From an uncultured Hormoscilla sp. (GTDB taxonomy: Bacteria > Cyanobacteriota > Cyanobacteriia > Cyanobacteriales > Desertifilaceae): a stretch of 64,000 bases of DNA. This document shows positions 1 through 11,789 of the stretch, piece by piece. Where the stretch lies: positions 1,856,001 through 1,920,000 of the forward strand of contig OZ001293.3 of assembly GCA_963921275.4 (NCBI GenBank), read 5' to 3'. Positions within the stretch are counted from its first letter, which is position 1, and each line of letters opens with the position of its first letter. A program made the translations under genes and the position numbers. Below the pieces are notes generated by a model. That model did not search any database. It saw nothing but the letters and a program-made list of their open reading frames with translations, and had not been told where the DNA came from.

Positions 1-146
1 ATCCCCTCTAACTCTGCAAGTAAGTTGTCTAGGTCAATTCCGTTAAAAGCCCGATCGCGCAACTGCTCGATCGTCTTTTCTAACCACAGGTTGTAATCGA
101 GATCGTAAAGCTTAGCAGAAGTCCCGATCGCTTCAGTAGTCATCAT
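1..146 (-). CDS. DUF29-family protein, N-terminal part (runs off window)
   Basis: Manual translation MMTTEAIGTSAKLYDLDYNLWLEKTIEQLRDRAFNGIDLDNLLAELEG; LY.DY.LW...DL.NL.E pattern; AGGAG upstream. Confidence 0.8.
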   Translation of the reverse strand, partial: MMTTEAIGTSAKLYDLDYNLWLEKTIEQLRDRAFNGIDLDNLLAELEG

Positions 147-366
147 GGCTGTTTTTCTCCTTCTCTTATTATCTCAAACCGATGTGCGATGGGTAGTGCG
201 AATACAATTGCTTTTGTGCTCAACTGCGATCGCGTAGCGTGCGCGCAGCGCAATCTTCGGGGACACCGATAGCGCAGCGCTGGGGGCGCAGCCATGCGCG
301 CAGAGCACATCGCCTCGGATGAGAAGCTGGGTTTCCGATCGCGCTAGGGTGGCGCCAGCCATGCTT

Positions 367-1821
367 CTAATTGACTGACACGAAGCGCCCATCCAAATCT
401 TGCGGTGTCACGCCAGTAACCACACCCAATATTAGATCCGATCCAGCAATTCTGATAACCGTGGCGCGGGCGTCCCCGCCTGCGCCCCCGCTACCATCTA
501 AAATCAGGTCATCCTGGGTTAACCCTTCAGTCAGTCCCACCCGATCGACCAGCAACTGGAAGTCCCGCACCTCATCTGCCATTGTCACATCAGTTATCGC
601 AGCATGGGTTGGCAGTACAAACACATCATTACCAGTCCCGCCGATCAGAATGTCTTCATCCAGGTCCCCACTCAAGGTATCATTGCCAGCCCCGCCTTCT
701 AGGGTATCATTCTGTTTACCGCCATAGAGGATATCGTTACCGCTATTGCCCTCAACTAGGTCATTTTCCTGGTTCCCCGACAGAAAGTCTGCCCCATCAT
801 TGCCACTGATGGTATCATTCTGTTTCCCACCATAGAGGGTATCATTCCCGCCCCGACCGCTAATCGAGTCATTACCTTGATTGCCATTGATGGTATCATT
901 GCCCCCACCGCCGATGATGGTATCGTTACCTTGTAAAGCCTGCACTTCCTCGCCGAAGTTCCCCAGGGTGATGAAGTCGTTTTCATCGGTAATGATGTCT
1001 GTATTGCCGTCGTTATCGATAATTGTCGCAGTCAGGGGGTCGATTTTTCGCGCAGCGTTCGCCGTACTATCATAATCAGGATCGTCGCTGTTGACATCAA
1101 AACTTATTGTACCCGAGTGGGTTTCTTCGACATCAGCATCATCAACAGCGGTTACTATCACTCTTTGGGTTCTATTCCAGTTATCGGGGGTAAAAGTACC
1201 CTCGGGACTAGAGATAGAAATTTGATCGTCTGTAGCAATATCCACCGTCACATCTGCTGTTGGCGGGCGAGTTAGCACTAAAGTAAAACTATCTGTACTG
1301 CTGCCTTCCGTTACCTCAATGCGATCGCCTGATAGTGTAATCTCTACATCTGCTGGAGTTGTATCAATATTAGTCACCTCCACATCAGGCGGGTTAAAAC
1401 GGTTGTAGTTAGAGTCATCACTAACCGCCCGTTCCGTGACGATCCTGTATTCAACATCATCATCAAATTCATTATCATCCACCCCAGTCACAGTCACAAT
1501 CTGAGGTGACAAAGCATTATCTAGCGTAAAGGTGAGAGTATCAGTCGAGACAGTCCCTTCCTCGGGTTCGTCACTACGAATATCAATAGTCACATCAGCA
1601 GTCGGAAGGCTGTTCAGTCTGACAGTGAAACTATCCGTCCCCCCATCCTCCGTAGTGGTTAATCCCGTTGTCCGCTCAACAATAATCTCAGCACTGTTAT
1701 TATCAATATTAGTCACCACGACATCATCGGGGTCAACTCCGTCGTAATTGGAATCCGCACTTTCAGCAGCAGCCGTGATAATATTATAATCTACATTCCC
1801 ATCCAGCAGGTTATCATCCAC
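367..1821 (-). CDS. C-terminal part of giant secreted protein B: Calx-beta-like repeats plus RTX (hemolysin-type Ca-binding) nonapeptides
   Basis: GGxGNDTLxG repeats; DSFTVxL..P...V..TAVDD repeats; joined to upstream ORF by a 1-nt deletion in a G run near 1822 (ACC GGG [G]TG GAT GAT). Confidence 0.85.
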   Translation of the reverse strand: MDDNLLDGNVDYNIITAAAESADSNYDGVDPDDVVVTNIDNNSAEIIVERTTGLTTTEDGGTDSFTVRLNSLPTADVTIDIRSDEPEEGTVSTDTLTFTLDNALSPQIVTVTGVDDNEFDDDVEYRIVTERAVSDDSNYNRFNPPDVEVTNIDTTPADVEITLSGDRIEVTEGSSTDSFTLVLTRPPTADVTVDIATDDQISISSPEGTFTPDNWNRTQRVIVTAVDDADVEETHSGTISFDVNSDDPDYDSTANAARKIDPLTATIIDNDGNTDIITDENDFITLGNFGEEVQALQGNDTIIGGGGNDTINGNQGNDSISGRGGNDTLYGGKQNDTISGNDGADFLSGNQENDLVEGNSGNDILYGGKQNDTLEGGAGNDTLSGDLDEDILIGGTGNDVFVLPTHAAITDVTMADEVRDFQLLVDRVGLTEGLTQDDLILDGSGGAGGDARATVIRIAGSDLILGVVTGVTPQDLDGRFVSVN

Positions 1822-2487
1822 CCGGTTACCGTTACTATCTGCGGTTCATCCCAGTTAGCGGGAGTGAAAAGCAACTCCTCACGGAATAGAGTCCCCTCAT
1901 CGCTGTTATCACTACTCAGGCCAATAGTCATATTTACTGTCGGTTGACTGGAAAGCACAACTGTGAACTCTGCCGTCTCCTCATCTTCGGTAGTGGTTAA
2001 TCCCCTGGTAGGTGATACCATTACCTCTGCAGCATCATTGTCGCTGATGGAAACATTGACTATTTCAGAAAAAAGGTTATCGTAAATTGCGTCCGTCTCG
2101 CTGCTGGCCGTCAGGACGAGCAAGCTTGTCTGTGAGTCTTCTATTAGGGAATCATCTACAGCAGTAACAGTCACAGCTTGAGGTTCATCCCAATTATCGG
2201 CAGTAAAGATCGGAGAACTCGGTTCCGTAGTAACTTGGCCATCGGACGTGATGTCGATCGTCACCTCACCCAAAGGTCTGCTATTGAGTACCACAGTAAA
2301 ACTATCCGTCTGGCCCCCTTCAGAGACATTCACAGAGTCCTCAACAATCACAGCAGGTTCATTATCCGTCACATTCACCGCGATCGGGGAAATATCAAGG
2401 GCCTGATAATTAGGATCGTCCGTATTGCCGACACGGAAAGTAATCCTGCTGATCTCGGTTCCCTCCGTCAGCAAATCATCTACAGCT
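1791..2487 (-). CDS. Start of exon 2 of giant secreted protein B (Calx-beta-like repeats)
   Basis: Same repeat type; frame continues to the intron 3' end at 2488. Confidence 0.8.
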
Positions 2488-3322
<835 letters not shown>

Positions 3323-5847
3323 TGCACAGCTACTATTTGTGGTTCATCCCAGTTATCGGGCGTAAAGACCAGAATGCTTGGTTCGACAACTGTATCGTCT
3401 GGGTCCTCAGCTGGTTCAATCACAAGGGTCACATTGCTTGTCGGTGGAGTATTCAGCGCCACCGCGAACAGATCTGCACGACCATTTTCCGTCACATCAG
3501 TGCTACCGCCAAACTCCGTAACATTCACTCCCTCAAACACAAACTTAGCAGCGAAAGCATCATTTGCTCCTGCCAGGGTATCTTGGAAAGCATCGTTGCC
3601 TGCCGTAGGGAAATTACCAGAGTTAGTGCCTCCTGTGATATAGGCAACTCCATTCCTATCTACCGCAATACCGTACCCCTCGTCATCCCCTCTGCCACCA
3701 AAGTAGGATGAGTATATGAGCGCGTCTCCTTCGGGGTTAATCTTAGTAATAAAAGCATCTGTATTACCTCCGCCAAACTCCGACTGTTGGGCCCCATCCG
3801 TAGTCGGGAAGTCAGTTGCAGCGGTACTCCCCACGACGAAAGCAGAACCTGCGCCGTCTACAGCAATGCCAGCGCTAGCGCGAGGCAGAGTATCTATGCC
3901 CTCATCTGACAAACCACCTATATATGTAGAATAATCCAGATCGTCTCCGGCTGGATTAAGCTTGGTAATAAAGGCATCAAAGCTACCGCCGCCGTAGTCA
4001 GGTTGGGGAACTCTTGAGGTTGTCGGGAAGTTAGTCGAAGCAGTCACCCCGGCAATGTAAGCTGCACCCTCTTCATCCAGGGCAATACTACCTGCTATTT
4101 CCTGTCCACTTCCACCAATGTAAGTAGCATATTCTCGGTTGCTGCCATCAGGACTGAGTTTGACAACGAAAGCATCGCCATCACCTGAGTTGCTTTCCTC
4201 GAATGCATCGGAGGTAGCGAAGTCTTCTGACTCCGTCGTACCTGATATATATGCAGATCCGTCCTCATCTACAGCAATGCCCGTTCCTTCGTCAAACCCT
4301 GCACCTCCCAAGTAGGTAGAGTATTCCAACTCGTCTCCCACTGGATTAATCTTCGAGACAAAAGCATCTCCCGAACCACCACCGAAATCCCTTTGTAAAG
4401 CTGCTTCTGTGGGAAAAGGTCTCGCTAAAATACTTTCACTTTCATTTGTAACCCCCGTTACGTAGGCCGCCCCGTCCCCATCTACTGCGATCGCCCTACC
4501 GCTTTCTCTCCCGCTGCCACCCAGATAACTGCTATAGTCCAGGGCAGTACCTGTAGGACTGAGTTTAACGATAAAAGCATCCTGGGAACCCCCACCGAAC
4601 TCACTTTGGAAAGGTGCGGGTATACTGTCCGCATTAGTCGGGAAGTTCTCCGACTCCGTTTCTCCTGTAATGTAAGCTGCACCGGAAATGTCTACCGCGA
4701 TCGCATTTGCCCTGTCCCGGGCGTCTCCACCGAAGAAAGTCGAGTATACCACCGAGTTTCCCTCTGGATCTAGCTTAGTCACAAAAGCATCGAACGACCC
4801 AGACCTCGACTCTTGCAATGCTTCTGGCTCTAGGGGAAAATCATCCGATCTTGTCTGTCCCGTGATGTAGGTTGCTCCCGTACTGTCCACAGCTATACCA
4901 TAGCCTACATCATTACTACCGCCCCCCAGAAATGTAGAGTATTCCAATATCGGATCGACGATCAACTCGTAGTCTGGGTCATACTCGCCCAAACTGAACC
5001 CTACATTTCCCGACTCTAGTATCTGAAAATCCGTCTCCACATAATGGCGCTGCCCATCTATTTCCTGGTATCCTACTGGGGCTGATTCCGTCAACTCTCC
5101 CAATGCCGTCTCCAATACCAGCGTTCCATCTTCGAGCAGCTTTATCTCTTCAACCCCACTATATTCTATTTCTATCTGCCTCGGATCTGCCCCAGGTTCT
5201 ACAATAAATATCCTCTCTAGTGAGTCATCATTTCCCGTAAATTCCTGAGTAATTCCCTCGTAGACGTCCCGATATTCTATCCCCCCATAAGTCGGCACCC
5301 CCGTGTAACTCTGGGAACCCATGAAGAAATTAGCTATGCCTGGCAGTCGATTTATAGGGGCTATTTCTGGGTTAACATTAGCATTTACCAGACTTTGGCG
5401 CACTACCGAATTTACTACGGATCCTTCCTGTTCTCCTTGACCGTAGGCACTGAATACTACCTCTTCTCCGGTAAAATATATCCTATGACCTGCACCCTTT
5501 AACATGTACTGCACCTGCAGGTCTGTTTGTCCTATATTTGCTATAAAACTTAAGAAGCTTGCGGTGTCTCCCCTTTTGTGCTCAGATGATGTCCCCCGGG
5601 TTTCGGCGATGTCTGAGGGGTTTTTGCGGCTGCGCAGCTGCTGCGCAGCCGCTAGCATCCCGTTCGCGCAGCGTTCGCGCAGCGCATAGACATCGAACGG
5701 CGTCCAGGGGACATCAAGCTCCCAGTAGACACTGTCCGACCTTCTCTCTGCTGACTCTAGCAGAACATCCTGACTCTTTGATGCTCCTTTTTCTGTTTCT
5801 TGCAGTTCTACGTTATATATTCCCATTTCCTCACCTTTCCTTCTCAA
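3323..5847 (-). CDS. Exon 1 of giant secreted protein B: SBBP (beta-propeller) repeat region; ATG at 5826 is a possible start
   Basis: LIVDPILEYSTFLGG and seven IAVD..G.AYITG.T.S.FP...DAF.K repeats; N-terminus carries an in-frame nested repeat insertion. Confidence 0.88.
5564..5732. repeat. Four-level nested palindromic element inside the coding frame
   Basis: Arms GTGTCT/AGACAC, TGATGTCCCC/GGGGACATCA, CGATGTCT/AGACATCG, GCGGCTGCGCAGC/GCTGCGCAGCCGC; relatives at 16531-16610, 22910, 26282. Confidence 0.85.
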
Positions 5848-6089
5848 TATCTAACATCTTCGCTGTCTCCTGAGAGCTTTCGGTGTCCCCTCGGGGACAC
5901 CGAACTCGCACTACCCAGGAGATGGGGAGTATCATCCCCTAAACCGCCATTAATAGTATCATTTCCCCGACCACCATTAAGCAGGTCGTCACCGTCCGTA
6001 CCATCTATCAGATTGTCCCCTGCCTCGTTCCCACGGCTCTGCCTGGGAACGTAGCATTTTGACTGGAGATGTTCGCTGCCCCAAAGGTG

Positions 6090-6956
6090 TTAGATGACTG
6101 CTGATGACTGTCGGGGAAAGGGATCGAACCCGCGCAGGAATACTTCGATCGCACCACCAGTAGTACGGGTAGCAAAATCTCCTATTAGCGCCCCGTCCGC
6201 CGTCAGGTTATCACCTGTCAACCCGAACAAATAACGCCGGATCGTCCGAGCATCGTTTGGTTCTATAATCTGATTGCCATCGGCATCCAGCATGCTATTC
6301 CCTAATATCAGATTCTGAATGTTCGTGGCTCGATCGAGGAATGCTTCGATCGCCTGAGCACTGCTGCGTATGGCATTGTCCCCCACGAACTCCCCATTAC
6401 CAGTCAGATCTGCACCTGTCAATCCTTGCACGTAATTTAAGATCAGCTGCCCGTCCGTTCTCGCTCTCGTTGTCCCATCCAGGTCTACATCCAGAGTAAT
6501 CTCTGTAGGAGGTGGCGGTTCTCCTTGGTCGTTGTCAGTTATATTGACTTCCAGACTGTTGGTCCCGGCCTCCCCATCAATAAAGAAAACATCCGTGCCG
6601 TCGTACAAAGGATCCTCGCTATTAGCAATATGCGCAATTGTGTCCGTATGGGGGCCTTCTCCAACGCTGTCATCTACCGCCGCCACTATCACCGCTTGCG
6701 GTACTGAGAAGTTTGCTGGCGTGAAAGTCAGCTCCGATGGCGAGTTTACTGTTTGGTTTCCCGATACGATCGAGATTGTCACCTCAGAAGTTGGCGGCCC
6801 TGCCAGGGCCACTTCGTAACGATCGCCCCTTGCCCCCTCTGTCACATCTATACTTTCATCTCCCGTACTAATCAGCACCCCATCTTCATTAGCGATCGCC
6901 TGAGCCGTAATCTGATCTACGCTAATCTCGTTGTAAGCCGAGTCTACGCTCACCAC
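6090..6956 (-). CDS. C-terminal part of giant secreted protein A (Calx-beta-like repeat plus duplicated LDVDxDG dockerin/EF-hand-like module)
   Basis: TLDVDLDG...YVQGLTGADL and MLDADGN...YLFGLTGDNL duplication; frameshift junction near 6965-6985; RTX remnant follows at about 5860-6030. Confidence 0.75.
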   Translation of the reverse strand: MVSVDSAYNEISVDQITAQAIANEDGVLISTGDESIDVTEGARGDRYEVALAGPPTSEVTISIVSGNQTVNSPSELTFTPANFSVPQAVIVAAVDDSVGEGPHTDTIAHIANSEDPLYDGTDVFFIDGEAGTNSLEVNITDNDQGEPPPPTEITLDVDLDGTTRARTDGQLILNYVQGLTGADLTGNGEFVGDNAIRSSAQAIEAFLDRATNIQNLILGNSMLDADGNQIIEPNDARTIRRYLFGLTGDNLTADGALIGDFATRTTGGAIEVFLRGFDPFPRQSSAVI

Positions 6957-6963
6957 ATCAAAA

Positions 6964-8850
6964 CTAATCGTGCTGATGCGGGTCTGAAGAGGACCGCTCG
7001 TTTACTGCGGTCACTGTAATCTCTTGCGGTTCATTGAAATCATTCGGAGTGAAAGTTACCGTCGCTGGGTCTACTGTCGTGTTCTCGTCCGTGTCGATCG
7101 TCACCTCCACAGGACCGTCCGGCTGGCTAGTTAGCACTAAGGAGAAGGTATCTGTAGCACCGTTTTCTACTACTGTCAGATCCTCCTGCGATCGAATCAC
7201 CTGGACCCTCGCCACATCGTTATCCGTGACCTCTACTATAATCGGGTCTATGGGAAAGCCGTCGTAATTTTCATCCTCTGCACTGGTTGCCGTCAGAGTC
7301 AGGGTGCTTTGGTGCGTGCCTTCCCGTTCCTCGTCATCGACTGCCGCCACTGTCACCGTTTGTGGTGTCGTTCCATTTTCTGGGGTAAAAACTAGACTCG
7401 TGGGGGCTACATTCGTCTCCTCATCTGATGCGATCGCTATTGTCACTGGCACAGATGGGAGAGTTCTCAAGGCCACTTCAAAACTATCCGTGGCACCACC
7501 TTCTGCTACTTCCAGGGTTTCTGCCGTTTCCATGATATCGATGCCGGCGTCATCATCTGCGATCTGGGCTATCACATCGGCGATCGCAATATTGTTGTAA
7601 CTGGGGTCTGCACTTACCGCTGTGTGAATTATCCGCGAATCATGAAGGCCTTCCACCTCTCCATCATTTGTCGCTGCTACCGTCACGAACCGGGGAATAT
7701 TCCAGTTGCCGCGAGTGAATGTCACCCGACTTCTATTCGTTAGAGATTGGAAGTCTGGGGCGATCGCCACCGTCACCGTCCCTTCCGGTTGAGTATTCAG
7801 GACGATGCTATAGCGGTCTACTCGACCCCCTTCCGCGAGTTCCAGTCCGCTTTCGTCTTCAATAATTGACACACCCTCAAAGGCTATCTTGCTCGCGAAG
7901 CCGTCTACGCTGGTTTCACCCGAAATGCCTATTGGGTCCGTTGCCTGCAAAGCTCCTGTTGTAGTAGTGAAGTTGGTTGAAGCCGTTTGCCCGGTAATGA
8001 ATGCTGCTCCCCTCCTGTCCAGATCTATAGCGAAGCCTGCGTCATTGCCATCGCCCCCCAAGTAGGAAGAATATAGCGCCTCCGTCCCTGATGGGTTCAG
8101 CTTCGTAACGAAAACATCACTCAATCCGCCGCCAAATTCCGACTGTGTTGCGTTTTCCGTGATTGGGAAGGGGGAGTCCGAGTCTTCTTGAGAAGATGTC
8201 GTCCCCACCACATAGGCCGATCCTGTGCTATCCACAGCGATGCCTGTAGCAGGCCGAGGCAAGGCAAAGTTTATCCCTTCATTGCCACTGCCTCCAATAA
8301 ATGTCGAGTAACCCAGGCGAGTTCCCCCGCCTTGGCTTTCCGGCCTCTCCACTATTTTGCTCACGAAAGCATCGAATTCACCGCCTTGGTATTCTTCCTG
8401 AAAAGCTCCCGGGGTTGTGGGGAAGTCTGTTGACTGGGTAATACCCGTGATGTATGGGTTTTCATCCCTGTCCAGGGCTATCCCGCCTGCGACCTCCTCC
8501 AGACTACCCCCCACATAGGTGAAGTATTCCTCTTCAGCGTCTTCATTCACTTTGGCCACGAACACATCGCTGCCATTGCCAAAGATCTGGGACTGCGCAG
8601 CCCCTGGAGTGGCCAAACCCCTTGACTCTGTCGTACCCGTGACGTATGCCACCCCATCGTCGGTCACTGCTACCCCTGTAGCTTCATCAAAGCCCGAACC
8701 ACCTATATAGGCAAAGTATTCCTGATTAGTGCCATCTGGATTTATCTTGGTGATGAATGCGTCCGTTCCCCCTGCTGGTCCAGTATCTTCTCCTGCCAAC
8801 CCCGTGGAATTTGTGCTACCCACAATGTAGGCATTTTCCGAAGGATCCAC
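6964..8850 (-). CDS. Middle part of giant secreted protein A (SBBP repeats plus Calx-beta-like repeats)
   Basis: SBBP motifs; frame continues upstream to a 1-nt deletion near 8948 (GGS-Q-DAFVFRLNP expected). Confidence 0.85.
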   Translation of the reverse strand: MDPSENAYIVGSTNSTGLAGEDTGPAGGTDAFITKINPDGTNQEYFAYIGGSGFDEATGVAVTDDGVAYVTGTTESRGLATPGAAQSQIFGNGSDVFVAKVNEDAEEEYFTYVGGSLEEVAGGIALDRDENPYITGITQSTDFPTTPGAFQEEYQGGEFDAFVSKIVERPESQGGGTRLGYSTFIGGSGNEGINFALPRPATGIAVDSTGSAYVVGTTSSQEDSDSPFPITENATQSEFGGGLSDVFVTKLNPSGTEALYSSYLGGDGNDAGFAIDLDRRGAAFITGQTASTNFTTTTGALQATDPIGISGETSVDGFASKIAFEGVSIIEDESGLELAEGGRVDRYSIVLNTQPEGTVTVAIAPDFQSLTNRSRVTFTRGNWNIPRFVTVAATNDGEVEGLHDSRIIHTAVSADPSYNNIAIADVIAQIADDDAGIDIMETAETLEVAEGGATDSFEVALRTLPSVPVTIAIASDEETNVAPTSLVFTPENGTTPQTVTVAAVDDEEREGTHQSTLTLTATSAEDENYDGFPIDPIIVEVTDNDVARVQVIRSQEDLTVVENGATDTFSLVLTSQPDGPVEVTIDTDENTTVDPATVTFTPNDFNEPQEITVTAVNERSSSDPHQHD

Positions 8851-8924
8851 CGCGATCGCCAGACCTCTGTCACGACCCGTGCCACCTATGTAGGACGAGT
8901 AATCTAGACCTCCACCAGTGGGGT

Positions 8925-10178
8925 TTAACCTGAATACAAAAGCATCTTGGAGCCCCCTCCGAAACTATCTTGGAAATTGTTTATTTGAGCTAAATTTGTT
9001 GACAGTGATTCTCCCGTGACGTATACAGCTCCATTCAAATCCACTGCAATGCCATTTGCTCTTTCGAGATTCGGTCCATCCTGAATTACCGACCCTCCTT
9101 GAAACTGTTCGCCCGAGCCTATATAGGTCGAGTATACTTGCCCTGTTCCCTCCCTGTTTAGTTTCGTGACAAATATCTTTTCTGTGAAATTGACTTGTTC
9201 TGAGTCTTCAAATGTCAGTACCGTTCCCGGGAATAAATTTGACAGCGTTTCACCCGCGATGTATGCTGAGCCAGCTATGTCTACCGCGATCGCCAAACTT
9301 GCGTCATCTGCGCCGCTTTCCAGTTCTAATGGACTTGCTGGTACTGTTTCCCCAGTAGTTTCGTCAGTCTCTGTCGCCACCTCTAGAGTTCCGCCCAGGT
9401 AGGTCGAGTATTCCAACACTGGGTCAATCACCAGAGTATAGTTCGGATCGTAAGCTTCCACATCGAAGCCCACTTGCTTATTGCCCAGCAGCTCGTAGGA
9501 GCCCTTTACCTCCACATCTCCGGCGTCGTACTTGCCATCGCTGTTACGATCCTCGAAGATAAATGGCGCTGTTTCCGTTACTTTCCCCCAGCCGGACTTC
9601 TCTAATATCAGATTTCCCTCCTCGTCGATGCTGAGCCGATCGACACCGCTGTATTGGATCTCGATCTCCGAATAGTCTGCTCCCGGTGCTACATGAAATT
9701 CCTTTGTCAGCTTCCCTTCGTTTCCTGCTGCATCTGCCTCCCCCTTGAATATCTGCGTAATTCCTTTGTATACATTCTCATAGGCGATCTTGCCAAAGGT
9801 CTCCACATCTGTTATCGTCACCGTTTGGCTGGGGTTGTTCGGATCTGGGACGTTGATGAAGTTTGCTACCCCCTCTAGTCGATCCCATCCCGCGATGGTG
9901 GGGTTTGTTACGGCTCCCACTAGGCTGCTTTCCACCGTCCAGATTCTGGCTTCTGGTAGTCCGTCACCGTCCCAGTCTTTTTCTATAGCCGTATTGAGCT
10001 GAACCTTATCTGGAGCAAAGCTGAAGTTATAATCTTGGCCCTTCACCTCGAAGGCCCACTCATCAGACATCTGTCCCGCATTGGGAATAAATGCCAACTC
10101 CATCAGGTTTCTCCCATCTGGGTTGGTTACCTGTCCATTTTCTGCTGCTGCTACGTTTACTGTTCCCATCTTCCTCAC
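8925..10178 (-). CDS. N-terminal part of giant secreted protein A (SBBP-associated N-terminal domain)
   Basis: LAFIPNAGQ...YENVYKGI...FHVAPGAD...LVIDPVLEYSTYLGG; paralogous to 3323-5847. Confidence 0.85.
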   Translation of the reverse strand: MRKMGTVNVAAAENGQVTNPDGRNLMELAFIPNAGQMSDEWAFEVKGQDYNFSFAPDKVQLNTAIEKDWDGDGLPEARIWTVESSLVGAVTNPTIAGWDRLEGVANFINVPDPNNPSQTVTITDVETFGKIAYENVYKGITQIFKGEADAAGNEGKLTKEFHVAPGADYSEIEIQYSGVDRLSIDEEGNLILEKSGWGKVTETAPFIFEDRNSDGKYDAGDVEVKGSYELLGNKQVGFDVEAYDPNYTLVIDPVLEYSTYLGGTLEVATETDETTGETVPASPLELESGADDASLAIAVDIAGSAYIAGETLSNLFPGTVLTFEDSEQVNFTEKIFVTKLNREGTGQVYSTYIGSGEQFQGGSVIQDGPNLERANGIAVDLNGAVYVTGESLSTNLAQINNFQDSFGGGSKMLLYSG

Positions 10179-10307
10179 CCTTTAGCAATCAATTACCTGC
10201 GATGAAGCCATCTTTTGATGCCGTCGGAGTGTCGCGCTACTCGCACTACTCCTCGCGCGCGCATCGATGTGTCCCTTGACTCGCATTTATAAAATAGTAT
10301 CTCATGC

Positions 10308-10377
10308 CAGTATCACTTGACATAAATGATAATCTACTATATCGCGCTATGTCAAGTGATACTGACGTGTCAAGTGA
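10308..10377 (-). promoter_or_regulatory. 17-bp perfect inverted repeat overlapping a candidate sigma70 promoter for the giant-gene pair
   Basis: CAGTATCACTTGACATA (10308-10324) / TATGTCAAGTGATACTG (10348-10364); minus-strand TTGACA-N18-TATCAT; third half-site 10368-10377. Confidence 0.55.
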
Positions 10378-10892
10378 CATCGCCCCCTAGTCGCACATGC
10401 ATAGGAGACACCGCTGAGTCAATACTTGCTTGCTCTCCAACGGGAGGTCAAGATTTAAAGCATACCACAGTTACTGCTTTGGGAGCCCCCTCGCCATGAC
10501 ACCAATAGCAACATTTAAGCGCAAGTCGTTCGCGCAGCCGTATCCCTTGCGGGAGCGCAGCCGTTCCCTTTCCAAGTATAGCTGCGCTCTTATTCTCGGT
10601 TTTTAGCTTCTGCTCTAGGATAAGACAGTTATGCCATTGGAGCCAAATTGGCTATTGAGCAGCGCCAAAACCCGATTCAACGCGAGTTCTTCCCACCGTT
10701 CCGGAAAAATCAGAAAGCGCTCATTCACATCTAATTGAGAAAATCGATAGTGATTATCAACTATAATTGCTTATTAAGAAAATATGTCAGCTCACCGAAT
10801 GCTAGAAACCAATGCTGGCAAGGCTATCAGACTTTTTGGCTTGTAGAACTTACGCGAGCCAGTATCGGCAATACCGGGCCCATAATAAAAAA

Positions 10893-11081
10893 TACATGGT
10901 CGAAAATTGGCAATACATGGTCGAGTATCGGCAATACATGGTCGAGTATCGGCAATACATGGTCGAGTATCGGCAATACATGGTCGAGTATCGGCAATAT
11001 ACATGGTCGAGTATCGGCAATATACATGGTCGAGGATTGGCAATACATGGTCGAGTATCGGCAATACATGGTCGAGTATCG
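10893..11081. repeat. Tandem repeat, about 9 x 21 bp TACATGGTCGAGTATCGGCAA
   Basis: Head-to-tail units, two with an extra TA, two with substitutions; no spacers. Confidence 0.95.
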
Positions 11082-11388
11082 ACGTTTCCTGGCCAGGTTG
11101 TAGTCAAAACCCGTTGGGAAATAAAAGGTCTGCGGTCAAGATATAGTGATTTGACTACGGCCCCGTGTCCCTCCCTTTTGTGCGAATACGATATCTCCTG
11201 GATAATGGGATTACGATGTTTTTCGGGTAGTGCGACAGCGATCTTTTTTTCTGCCGCCGCTTTCGGAGATAGTTGGCTCCCCCCAGCAGCACTAGCCCCG
11301 GAATAGGGAAAAATTCCCAAAGTACACTCGCACCACTGTTGCTATACTCCCAACGGTCAGAAACTGCGTTTTTTGGAACAGTACAGAA

Positions 11389-11580
11389 TGTCCGGAGCGA
11401 GGGGGGGGAATAATTGAGAGGTCTTTGTGTAGTAGGAGTAAGTCCCCCCCGGAACGCGCAGCGGCCCGACGCCGGAGGGCTAGCAATCTCGGTGGTGCTG
11501 TGGGCAGGGAGATTGCTTCGGGGGGGAGCCAGTGATTTCTCCTACTGCTTCGGTAAGGGATCCCCCCCTCGCTCCGGACA
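11389..11580. repeat. Nested palindromic dispersed element
   Basis: Ends TGTCCGGAGCGAGGGGGG / CCCCCCTCGCTCCGGACA; inner GCAATCTC/GAGATTGC; modules shared with 30345-30510, 42549-42752, 52367-52531. Confidence 0.8.
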
Positions 11581-11789
11581 CCAAATTCCCACTCATGCGC
11601 AAGTTGATCCCTTTCGGAGTATAGCACTTTCGCCAAAGGCAACTTCGTGAGCGCCGACAAGACGCTTATTTCCGTAAAGGAGTTCCAAAAAATAAATTCC
11701 CCAATTTTTCTCCCTGTACCAACTGATGCATCTAGACTACCGGATAATTCTGGAGGATTATTTATTTGGAGTTCCGTAAAGTTGAATAT

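Noticed and set aside
10893..11081. Possible CRISPR array, or the five overlapping ORFs here as genes
   Set aside because: Units are head-to-tail with no spacers and no cas genes nearby; ORFs in nearly every frame are by-products of a stop-free 21-mer
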